Shown one piece after another: positions 52,401 through 63,769 of a stretch of DNA of 64,000 nt (its first letter is position 1; each line of letters opens with the position of its first letter). The notes under the pieces are model-generated. The model saw nothing but the letters and a program-made list of their open reading frames with translations. It made no database searches and was not told where the DNA came from. The DNA comes from Dicyema japonicum. Its lineage: Eukaryota; Animalia; Dicyemida. A program made the position numbers and the translations under genes. The stretch covers positions 401,553 to 465,552 of the forward strand of contig RDEW01000045.1 in the NCBI GenBank assembly GCA_011109175.1, written 5' to 3'.

Positions 52401-54943
52401 CATTCAATTGGGGAAAGTATATATTATTATTTATTAAAGGAACATGAAAGTACTGGTAATTACAGAGGGGCAGAAAAGTTTTATTTAAATGCCAGAAAAT
52501 GGAAAAATACAGTATCAATTTATAGAAAGATATCTTACTGGGAGGATGCTATTAGAGTTATTTTTAATATAAATATAAGGTGTCTAAGGAATATGGAACA
52601 AAACAAGTAGTCAATCGTTTGGTCTATGAGTGGGCTACAACTCTTACTTCAGATGCAGCGGTTAAACTTCTCTTACAATATGGATTAGTGAGATCAACTT
52701 TGAATGATGCGATTGAAAATAAGTTTATTTTAACAAATTAAAATATTAAGAGATTTTAAATTCGCCATTTCTATTGCAGAGAATACAAAATCCGAACAAC
52801 TAACAGATGTGTACCTACAATATGCACTCACTTTGGAGGATGAAGGTAATTTTGAGGAGGCAGAAAAATACTTTATAGCATCAAAGAACCCACATGAGGC
52901 TGTTTTAATGTTTTCTTAAATAATTGAATAATTAGGCACATAAACAACAAAGCCTGGAAAGCTGCAAACGCTGTAGCGGAAACATATAGTAATTCATCAT
53001 TAAAGGAGATTGCAATTGCTCAAGGGAAAGATTGTTTCATGAATTGTGAATATAATCAATCTGAATCAATTTTACTTTCAATTGATGAACCATCTATGTT
53101 GTTGGAATTATATAAAGTATTATAAGTTACATTAAAATAGGATAATGGTATGTGGGAGGATAGTATACGAATAGCAAGAAAATATGCACCAGAAAAAATA
53201 TCGGAACTTGTTAAAGATTATGAAAATAGTAAAATATGTGTAACAGATGAAACAATTGATAAACTTTTAAAACAAGCTAAATCATATCAAATCTCCAATG
53301 ATTACGATAAAGCTATTGAATATTATCTACATGTAGTATCACAGTCACAAATTGGTTCAGAATTATTAGAGAAATGTTGCAATAAGGTAAATTATAAATT
53401 ATTTTGATATTTGATTTGTCAACGAGAAGATTAGAATCTGATAAATCACGAATAATTATTGAACAGATATCTGGTATTTTAGTCAAACATGGACTATATC
53501 TAAAAGTATATATTACTGACATAATTTAGGCAGCTGAAAAATTATTACAAATTGATATGATTAAAGAATCAATTGATGTCTTAATGGAAGGCGGAGAATG
53601 GAAGAAAGCTCGTAAAGTAGCTGCTCAGTTGGATCCAAAGTTTTTATAATATAATTCAAAGATACCAACCTTATGTTGAAAATAAATATAAACAATTTTT
53701 AAAAAATAAAGGAAATATATTTGAGGTCTTTAAATGTGTATATTTTAGTTATCTCAAATTGATTCAACTGAAGGGATTCAAATTCATATAGAAAGAAATG
53801 AGTGGGAGATTGTCTTTGAAAAAGCCTCACTCGAAGTTTGATTAAATTGACGATAATTAAAGGGAAGGGATAATCTTAATAAATATCTTGGAATGAGGGC
53901 TGCTCAACTTATGAAAATGGAAGACTATGCGCAAATTGTTTGTATTTTTGACAAATTTAAACCACCAGCAAATCCACAGGTTTTAATAACTTTTAATTTT
54001 GTAGATGTATCCAATTTATAGAAAACTTCATTTTGAAATAACTAACAATTATTTTCTTGAAATTGGTGAAGATTCAAAGGCAAAAAGAGAAGCATATGAT
54101 ATATTATCTAAACTTAGAAATGTGTTTTTATCGCTGGTATTATCATTTATAATTATAGACTGAAACATCTGGGAATAGTTCTTTGGTTAAATCAGAGTTT
54201 GACACTTTATTGATGATTTCTCATTACTATTCTTCGTCTTGTGCTATGTCTGCTTTTAGTCAACTTGGAGAAAACGTTACTAAAATTTCTTTATCCCTAC
54301 TGAGATATATTCGTTCTATTTCCGCAGACAAAGCCTTTTTTGAAGCTGCTAATAGTTGCAGGTATGTTGGGTGGAATTCGATAGCTACTGTTATGGCTAA
54401 TAAATTCTTTGACATTGATGAGGTTATTACTTTATTAATATTAGGTAATATGTGAGGGATCTCATGAATCCTTTCGTCTCACAGAATTGGATGATACTGA
54501 TATTCCCGTAGAAGATTTATTATTACCTGATCAAACGTCGAATTTGGTTCATTTTATTTATTTAAAAGATTTCTGCAAAAATAAATGAATTAAGGCAATG
54601 GTTAATGGAAACTGCTTTCAATAATCCTACGTGTGCTGGTCTTCCCTTAGGAGAACATCAAATATTTGAAGGATCTTTGGGACTTAGAAATGATCAACCA
54701 CTTTATCAGTCTAGTATCCTTCAGGTATAATAATTTAAAAGTGAAAAGGTTATCCTGTTAAAGAGTCTAAAGTTACGTTTAAAAATCAATATTCTGCTAA
54801 TAAAGACGAATGGAATTGCTTTCTAATGACTACAAGAGTTTATTACCTTTAATTTAATATAGAAAACCAAAGATTCAAGATTACTTGATGTCCTCAGATT
54901 TATGGAAATTACATTTGGGGCTACTAATGACCTTATCTTTTAA
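49439..54943 (+). CDS. IFT172: Intraflagellar transport protein 172 (5'-partial)
   Basis: CPPYALVW..FDY..GSYNR|LRVY, SQVIVKDL, DWLE|L, HYIEAG, EDEGNFEEAE, ISHYY, SLLRY..ADKAFFEA, DTDIP, GYP..ANK..WN.FL. About 36 introns of 20-28 nt, e.g. 49642-49664, 50071-50091, 50603-50624, 52723-52750, 54838-54862. A few indels and one in-frame TAA (51416-51418). Confidence 0.97.
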
Positions 54944-55311
54944 TTTGATTAGAGTTATTTCGATTAAATTTAGTTTTCAATTTTAAAATCTACAAAGTGA
55001 TATAAATCAAACATTCCCTCAAATTATGTGCGGAAATAAGTTCAATCATTCATGAAAATCTCAATTCTGCGGTTTTGTGGAAAATCGGTTTGGAAATTAA
55101 ATTTTTTAAGTTCTCATTTATATAGTGATTTGACATAAATGAGGCTGCTAGAAAACGATGGCAAATATAAATACCTTAGTATTACTGAAAGTCATGTGTC
55201 TCGAATTCTCGTGACAAAAAAAATAATTGAAGAATAATGACTAGGGCATCATTCCTATGAAAGACTCAACTAAATGCACGGAATTTTCCAAGCATTGAAT
55301 AATATAGAACA

Positions 55312-55551
55312 GGGTTCACGGCTAATTCGTCTAAAACAATTCGTCTAAATCGTCATGTTTGTCTAACAACAATTCGCCTAATTATAACTGTAAAATTAGA
55401 TATTTTATTACATTTTAAAATGATCCCTCAGTTTATTGAATCTGAAAAGGTCAAAAAATTAATTCTTAACGGATATATTTATTACAAAAACAACAGAATG
55501 AAAATGTAGTATATTGGAAGTGCCAAATAGACGAATTGTTTTAGATGAATT
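55312..55551 (+). mobile_element. Mini MULE/Phantom-like element with FLYWCH-like start
   Basis: Inverted repeats aattcgtctaaaacaattcgtcta (55324-55347) and tagacgaattgttttagatgaatt (55528-55551). Internal ATG at 55420 gives MIPQFIESEKVKKLILNGYIYYK..VYWKC. Confidence 0.65.
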
Positions 55552-56892
55552 TTCTGGTTACCAAGTGTTTTAGGTAAATAGAAGATACTTTCTCAGGCAC
55601 GCACGCCCGTGAGCTTTTTAATCTGGTGATCACATCCAAGACTTGGTCATCTGTGAATAGTTCGTGGTAAGGTTCCTTCTTCGGTTTATGGGTACGCACC
55701 TTAATGTCCAAATGTTTCGAGTATGGTTTGAAGCTAATTCCAGCGTAATGTTTCATAAGGGTGTTAGGATGTAGGTGTCATAAGTGTTCAGGAGAAGACT
55801 TTCTGGTTCCGTCTGCATCATCCAGCTCCGACTTGACTTGTTTAAGAGTTTTCCAGAAATATCGGGATGTACTTTTCCTGACGAAGTGGTTAACAAGATG
55901 ATGCCATCTCTTGTCCTTGTGTTCTTTTATGCTCTGACAGATCCTTTTATTCAGTTGTCTGAGGGGCTGTCAAAGACTTCATGTCCAACAATGGAATCTC
56001 TTCAGCCGGTCTTTTTGTTTTATAAGACTTATTGTATAAGAGCTGAGGGTAGGAATAAACTTCTTGTATGATGATATAGGAATAAAAATATGGTCAGCTT
56101 TCTGAATGGCAGCGCTGATAATTTCTGCGGCCTCATCAATAGAGCGTATTGGGAGGAAAATCTCCGGACCAAGAATTTAACCACAAGGTGACTGAAACCA
56201 GACCAGGCAACCTTCGTGTAATCCTTGAATCTTTTTGATTCAACGCGGCCGTCTACTGTATCGTCGAAGACCTCTCAGTTTTAGAAGGATTGGATTGTGG
56301 TCACTGGAGAAGCCGTAAAAGACGATCCAGGAAAATAGTCCAGCCAGAGAAGGTGAGTATAGTGTTAAGTCGCGGGATGTGCAGCTATCAGTCATCCATA
56401 ATGGGGTCCTCGTATGTGAGTTAGGGTTGTTCAGTATAATCAGGTCATGAAGATAATTTGCAATGAGTTCTCCTCAGTGATCAGAGGATTGGGAAGTGAG
56501 CAAAACTGGATGTCGTGCATTGAGATCCCCACATAACAGTAGATTTTTCAATGTTAAATGCGTGATAAATCAGGGGTGTAAGATGACGAACACGATCCAT
56601 GTGGAGGAATATATAAATTAACCAAATGGATCCAAAAGGACGGGAATAACTCCATTTTGACAGTAATCTGCTCCAGAGTCTTGTCGGAGCCAAGAAGCTC
56701 TGAGGTTCGTTGAGTTGTATCCATAAAAGGAATATCATTTTTTATAATATTAAGTAGTCCTCTTCCGCGTCCTCCCTGACGATCTTTACGGATCACTGTG
56801 CATCCGGAAAAGAGGGTGTTGGTATGGAGGGAATAGCTTGGACTCCTGTATTAAAGCGAGGTCAGCCTCATTTTCGCGGAATAATGCACGGA
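55552..56892 (-). mobile_element. Ingi/Vingi-like LINE remnant (APE plus RT start)
   Basis: DLALIQESKL, IRKDRQGGRGRGLL, LVNLYIPP, FSSDHNPI, and KSSRACVPEKVSSIYLKHL. Confidence 0.8.
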
Positions 56893-57058
56893 GTTCAAAC
56901 TGATATAAAATCAGCAAATTTTCGGGATAGGCATCTTCTTTTAATTCAAAGTGGTTATATAATATTTGCATATAATAACCAGTAATTATAACTAACGTCC
57001 GATTACAAATTGTTAACTTAATCTTCACATACTGAATAAATAAATTTTTTGTTCTATT
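56893..57058. repeat. 165-bp tandem repeat unit (left of RTE)
   Basis: Homologous to 60083-60247 and 60248-60412. Confidence 0.85.
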
Positions 57059-60000
57059 CACACTGTTGGTTGAAGTGGTGACGTGCTTCTGTTTTTCTTC
57101 TCTAGAGAAATTCATGTCTTTATCATGTCTAAATGCAAAATCCTTGTTTTCCATCGCCACATACAATGTTCGTGCCTCTCATCTCTGATCAAAAGGGAAC
57201 TATTATCCGAAGATCTGTCCCGTTACAAAAATCGACATTTGCTGCATACAGGAAACAAAAAACGCTCTAGGATCCGATGAAACCATTGGTAACTACCGGA
57301 TTCTTCTACTCCCATCAGAAAAATCGTCACTACGGTCTTGGTTTTGCAATCAACCTGAACCTAATGAGTCGCTTGCATAAAGTATGGACAGTCAACGACC
57401 GTGTTGCTGTTATGCAATTGTGTTTATCATCTACAAACAATACTATGATGACTGTTATCAATGTATATGCCCCACACATGGGCAGAGTTTCCAAAAATAT
57501 GGATGAGTTGGAAGAGTTTTATCAAATCCTATCGAATACATATATGCGAGTTCTTCGATCTGCACTTATATTTATCTGTGGTGACTGGAATGCCAAGGCT
57601 GGCATGAGAAGACACGACGAACTCTGTATGGGAAAATATGGCAGAGGGTATCGTAATCTCTCTGGACACTCACTCATGGATTTTTGTAATTCATCAAATC
57701 TGTATCTATGCAATACCACTTTTAAACACCCAGCAAAACATAGAACTACCTGGGTTGGCATAGAAGGTCCAAAGACGAACATACGTGCATATTCAACCAA
57801 ATAGACTACATTATCTGCCCTATCTCCTTGAAGAGACTTCTGTCTGACTTTAGGAGTTATGGAGGAACCACTACTGACAGTGACCATAAGCTAACGGTGG
57901 CCAGATTAAATCTCAAACGATACTACGGAATTGAGGCAGTCAAGAGGAAAAGCACACCTCTAAATAGACGTTTGGCTGTGGAAATGTTGACTTTTGACAC
58001 TTGGCAAAAGAGATACCAACAAAATGTCTCTAAACGTTTACGTGGAGTTGAACCCAGTGGCACCCCCTCGACTGACCTCGGGAATATCTTGGATATTCTA
58101 AAACTGTCGGCGATAGAGACTGTTGGATACCAGGAAAAAGACCAAAATAGACGAATGATTCATGACCCCTTAATTCGAGAATTGTCTGAGCAGCAGAAAG
58201 AAATACGTTCGAAACTGGGAAGTTCAAATTCGAATAAATGTGCATTAAGGAGAAAACGCAATCAAATATCGCATCTGATAAGAAGACGATCAAATATCCT
58301 TTGGCACAAATATTTGGACGATAAAGCAACTGAAATCGAAAACTGTCAGTATGGAAGACGAATGTTCTCTGCTGTTAGACTACTTACACGAGGAACTGCA
58401 AAGAAACCACTGAAAGTCTGTGACGACGAAGGTCAATATCTTCAAAACCCTGAGGATAAAGCAAATTATATTGCTAGACACTTCGAGTCGTTGTTTAAAT
58501 CTGAAGGGATGAATGTACCTAAATTTATTGGATATCCGAGACCCCTTACAAACAAAATTACAATAAAGGAAGTAACCGATGCATTTATGCATCTAAAGGG
58601 AAATCGGTCGGCTGGTTATGATGGCATTCCGGGTGAGTTACTAAAACATGCCCCGGTTACTGTTGGGAATATAATCACGAATATCTTAAATGAGTCGATG
58701 GAACTTCACTGTCCACTTCCTTTGGGACATGGAGTCTTAATTCCAATACATAAACCTGGGAAAAAAGAAGGGTCGTTGGACGGACTAAGACCTATTATTC
58801 TATTGTCAGTTATCAGGAAAACCTTATCGATCATAGTGCTTAACCGTATACGAGAGCCAGTGGAAAAATACCTTTCCCTAAGTCAAAGTGGGTTTAGAAG
58901 TGGAAGATCAACCTCAGATATTGTGTGGAGTCATCGATGGCTCACATCAATATGTCAAAAATACACGAAAGTAATCTACATCCTAGGAATTGATCTAACG
59001 AAGGCTTTTGACAGCATCAATAGAGAAAAACTCATGATTGTTCTAAAGGAACTGCTTGACGAGGACTGCCTGAGACTAATAAGTTTATTACTTTCCGAAA
59101 CTGACCTATCCGTGAGAATAGGAACAAAGCATTCGAAGAGTTTCAGTACCAACATGGGCACTCCACAAGGAGATTCCTTGTCCCCAATTATATTTATTGT
59201 TTACCTCGAAGCTGCGCTCAAGGAATTGAGAAATGTCATGGGTCCTAAATACCGGGACATAACAGAGTTAATTTATGCGGATGATGTAGACTTTGTGTCT
59301 ACCGACCAAGAAATACTTGACCAAATTTTACTTCAAGCCGAACGTATTTTTAAGAATTGGGATTTACGCATAAACATTAAAAAAACTGATTATACACGAG
59401 TCGAACGAGCAGAATCAAGGAACGATGAGTGCTGGAGACATACCAAAAAACTCGGCTCACTGCTAGGTGATGCTGAGGATATTTGTCGAAGGAAAATGCT
59501 GGCTACCATATACTTCAAAAAAATGTACCAAATTTGGAAAAGGAAAAAACATGTATCACTGAAACTTCGTGTCAGACTATAAGACACGTTTGTTAAACCA
59601 ATTTTGCTATACAATTCCGGAACATGGGCATGTTCTAAAATTGATTTAGAGAAGCTAGACACTTTTCACAGGAACCAACTCCGCATGTTGATTGGAATTT
59701 TTTGGCCGATAAAAATCTCAAATGAAAATCTATATTCACGATGTAAATCCAGACCACTCAGCACCGATGTTATTTTATCGAGATGGCGACTATTTGGACA
59801 TATCCTCAGACTGGACCCGACTACGCCATGTAATAGAATAATGGAAGAATATTTCTACTACGCCGGAAGTCGCGGATTTCGAGGCAGACCAAGAAACACA
59901 ATTTCAACCGCTTAAAAGATGACTACGAACAAAATAGTCGTAAAATGGTAACAGCGGACGATCTGGATGATGTTCGAATGAGGGCCAGGAACAAGATGGC

Positions 60001-60081
60001 GTGGGCGAGGATAGCTGCAAAACATGGCTCAAGCGAACCCCTTTTAGGGCCACGCGAAAGAACTCTTACTAACTAACTAAC
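57059..60081 (+). mobile_element. Full-length RTE-clade LINE (APE-RT), few lesions, 9-bp TSD, (CTAA)n tail
   Basis: ATG at 57114 (IATYNVR). ORFs 57277-57804, 57828-59582 (LRPIILL, QSGFRSGRST, DLTKAFD, PQGDSLSP, YADD) and 59604-59915. TSD tgttctatt at 57050-57058 and 60082-60090. Confidence 0.95.
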
Positions 60082-60082
60082 T

Positions 60083-60412
60083 GTTCTATTAGAAAACATA
60101 ATATAAAATTATCAATATCTCGGAATAGGCATATTATTTTAATTAAAAGTGGTTATATAATATTTTAATATATTAACCATTAATAATACCAACGTCCGAT
60201 TTCAAATTGTTAAATTTATCGTCACTTACAGATTATATAAATGTATAGTTCTATTAGAAAACATAATATAAAATTAGCAATATCTCGGGATTTGAAAATT
60301 TTTTTTATTAAAAGTGGTTATATAATATTGGCATATATTAACCAGTAATAATAACAAACGACTGATTTCAAATTGTTAAATCTATCTTCACATTCTGCAG
60401 TATCAAAATACT
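60083..60412. repeat. 165-bp tandem repeat, two further units
   Basis: Units start gttctattagaaaacataat at 60083 and 60248. Confidence 0.85.
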
Positions 60413-60582
60413 TAGTTTTTAATAATATAACTCATGTATTATAAAATAATAATAACGAGTAAATCAAATAATTAAGCGTATTTTAATCCAGATTGTTGGT
60501 AATCCCTCTTCTTCTCTTAGAAGAAGAATGTGCCATAACCTCTTTGTTACTCCGCATCTCCACATCAGATTCAGTCAAAATA

Positions 60583-61111
60583 TGTCACATGGGCCAAGCG
60601 TTACCTATGGGCAGCCTGTTACATTAACCTTGAACCAAGATTAACTTCAATTAATTTTATAACCTTGAACCAAGATTAACTTTTTCGGGAAGTTTATCAT
60701 GCAAAGCATCTTTTAAAGTTTAATATTCAACGCAATCTTTCACAAAACCCTCGTAAGAAGCCATTGCAACAAAATAATCTTCCATGTATAAATCACGCTA
60801 GAAATCTAGGTTTACCGCTATAAAAAAATAAAATCTTTATAATCATAACATTTATAAATAAAAAACTAATTTAACATGATTAAATCACGATATAAATCGG
60901 ATATATAAAATTAAATGTCGGATAATCCAATGAGGGACTCATCCTTACCTTTGTCGGTCTGAGATCACTTAGTTAGATGAGAACTTTTATTTCTTTCTTT
61001 TTGACCCAGTGATCCGACATTAATAATAATAATGTCGGATAATCAAAAGACCTTTTCAAGGTCGAAAAAATATAACAGGCTGCCCATGCGTTACGCGCCG
61101 TCCATGTGACA
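60583..61111. mobile_element. MITE with TGT...ACA termini and 39-bp TIRs (Ginger-like)
   Basis: TIRs 60583-60621 and 61073-61111 are imperfect inverted repeats. Flanks aata / aatt form a near 4-bp TSD. An internal 23-bp direct repeat taaccttgaaccaagattaactt occurs twice. Confidence 0.75.
60928..61030 (+). mobile_element. 103-nt retro-insertion with 14-bp TSD nested in the MITE
   Basis: TSD aatgtcggataatc at 60914-60927 and 61031-61044, with a (taa)n tail. Confidence 0.8.
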
Positions 61112-61349
61112 AATTATACTCAATGGGATTAACCACATCGATGAATTAGTAAGCTTATCAATTTTCCAATATGACAACTATAAACCACTACTATAAACTG
61201 AGTTTGTCGCTACCCTGTGCACAATATCGAAATCTGTCGTTTTATATAGTCCTAATGATTTACGTTTGGTAATCTAGCATAATTCATAACTATGAAATAC
61301 AAAGTCCACAAAAAATAGATGTTGATTGTTAAATAGCTAATTTCAATTT

Positions 61350-61950
61350 AGAAGTCAAATCTGAATAAAATCTGTTGGACTTTGTGGGATTGACGTTGCA
61401 AGCTGGACTAATAACTTAATAAATCTGCGACCTCTTCGACTGGGACACGAACCAGCTGGAATTGTATAAGAAGTCAGGTCAAATGTTACAAATTTAAGAC
61501 CAGGTCTTACAGTGGATAATCAAGTAGGAGACAGAGTTGCAGTTGATCCTCTTATAAGATTCAATGACTGTAAATTTTGCACGAAGAAAAATCAAACAAT
61601 TACAAAAATCTCAATTATTTGGGAGATGTCGATCAGGATGGAGCCCTTTCGAAGTATCACACGCGGAGAGCTTCTTGTTTCTTAAGATTCATTCAATGTC
61701 TTTTGAGAAAGGTGCACTTGTTCAGTCACTTTCCATTGCCGTTTAAATCTGCAAACGTGCTGGAATATCGATTAAACAAATTGTTCTTGTCGGTGTAGTC
61801 GGTATTTATTTATCTGAAACCACGTGCAGGGGTCATTGGCTTATAACAATGATGATTGCCAAAGTTAGTGTAGCTACACGATTTTGCGTTATGGGTTGTT
61901 GCATCAACTTAAATTTAGACGTTTCTAGAGATAAAGTCAGCTTTGCTTTG
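61350..61950 (+). mobile_element. Highly degenerate LINE RT remnant
   Basis: NYLGDVDQDG resembles the RT thumb FxYLG..DG motif. Confidence 0.35.
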
Positions 61951-62710
61951 AAAAACGTAGCTGATTGTGGATTTGTCGTACAAAAAACATCTCCCATTGA
62001 GATAAGAAAAAGAGTAGTAAGTTAAATGGATCTCCCAAAAATCTAGTCTTGTCTTCAATTATAGTCTAAAAAATTATGGAAGTCCGAGGATTTATAAACA
62101 CTTATAATTGGTAGACTTCGAACCTATAATTTCAGTTCCACAGACAATCGACTTAATTAGTTCTACGAAAGTGAATGTTTCTAATTTCATTACACACAGT
62201 TACGGAATTTATGAGAACCAAAAAGCATTCGATAATTTGATTTCCTCCAATGAAATCAAAACAGTCATTAATTTATAAACAAGTTGATTTTACTTCATTT
62301 TCATTTTAATAAATTGAGTTCTTTAGTTAACATCAACCTTACATTATCGACTAGTATACAACTTGGTAAATTGTGGAATTGAACTGGTGATCTCTGAGCT
62401 CTACCGCATAGCTCAAGTACATTTAATGCTATCATTTTTTTTAGGTTTGGATATAACTTCGTGCTCAATACTTAATGTTAATATTTTAATATTGAAATGT
62501 GCGCAATTAGCCAGCTCCATAAGCGATCAGCTACGGTTCAGCAGGGTAAGTGATCTGTTTTTAATGATTTTAGAATTTTTCAGGCGATTATTCGAAAATG
62601 AACTTTACATAATAAACTTTGTATTTCTTTTTCTTTAGAGTCTCAGGCTTTCCGAAGAAATTATATGTGAGTTTTCTTATTGCATGGTTGGATGTAGATA
62701 GGCCATACAC

Positions 62711-63028
62711 GTTATTATTTTTTGCAATTATCGCTATGTCATAGGACTTGACAACGATGCGCAACACGAGTTAAAAAATCTTCCTCATATTCAATGATGA
62801 AGTGTTTAACCAGTCAAGATCCTCCTCATATCCAGGATGCCGTCGCATTTCTTTAATGTCTTCGTCGAAAACGACTGGCAGTGTCGTCCTTCGGCGACGA
62901 CGGAAAAGGGGGGCTTCCAACATGAAGTAATCCTCCATGGCGACGTTTTCGCGGGGGCATCTATGTCCAGTTTGCAAAATATATCCAAAAAACCTCCATC
63001 GTATATCAAGAATTTCATTTCAAATTTC
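62711..63028 (-). mobile_element. 5'-truncated RTE insertion with 11-bp TSD
   Basis: AMEDYFM..RRRRTTLPVVFDEDI. TSD aggccatacac at 62700-62710 and 63029-63039, with an aataataac tail. Confidence 0.85.
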
Positions 63029-63111
63029 AGGCCATACACATTTATATATTAAATAGTATAATTCATGCGCACTTATAAAAAATATTAAATCTAAAATACT
63101 TAATGTTAATA

Positions 63112-63750
63112 TGTCACAGGAGCTACGCGTTACCGAGCGCTACGCGTAACATAATGCTCAAATTTCCAATTTCAAGCATTTTTTTATAAAACGATACATA
63201 TGTTTTTTTCATTTATTATATTTAAAATTAAAAAAAATACTAATTTAAATATTTTTGGAAGGCGCAACAGTTTTTAAATTTTAAATAGCATAATACAGGC
63301 GTGTTTTATAAACTAAAGTTGATGGCTTTATCTATCGTTAAAACAACCCAAGAATAAATTGATATAATGAAATATAATGGAAGAAAAGGGGATCGTCGAT
63401 CTAATGACAAGACAAAAAATACCGATTAATCAAAAGTCAAAGAATTTTTTATCTATCAATAGGAGATTATACCTTAAAGACACAAATAGATACACAAAAT
63501 TGTCATTTTCTCTAATAATTAGTGGCCTCGCAAATTCATCAATTGACCTATTGTGGACACAACACATTGGAACAATATTGCAATGAAAAGAGAGTAATTA
63601 TTCGGAAAGTGGTGTCAGAATGTGATATTCCATGTAAGAGCATTATGTGACTGCTTCAACGTCTAACAAATTCATAATAGTCCTAACAATCCAAGGAGTC
63701 AAAGGATCATCTAAGATGATTGTCCGAGGATAAGTGTTGTCTAAAAACAT
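63112..63750 (+). mobile_element. Left end of Ginger-like (gypsy-integrase) DNA transposon
   Basis: Terminus tgtcacaggagctacgcgttacc resembles the MITE TIR tgtcacatgggccaagcgttacc. The downstream ORF from 63377 continues, with one frameshift, into IHQLTYCGHNTL..IIRKVVSECDIPC, an integrase Zn-binding-like region. Confidence 0.6.
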
Positions 63751-63769
63751 AAAGGACGCAGTTGGAGTG

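Noticed and set aside
14499-54943. Ciliate-type genetic code suggested by tiny introns
   Set aside because: TAA/TAG terminate RPL35A, MAP1, SRP68, MYG1 and IFT172 at the homologous C-termini, and long exons lack in-frame TAR apart from one site.
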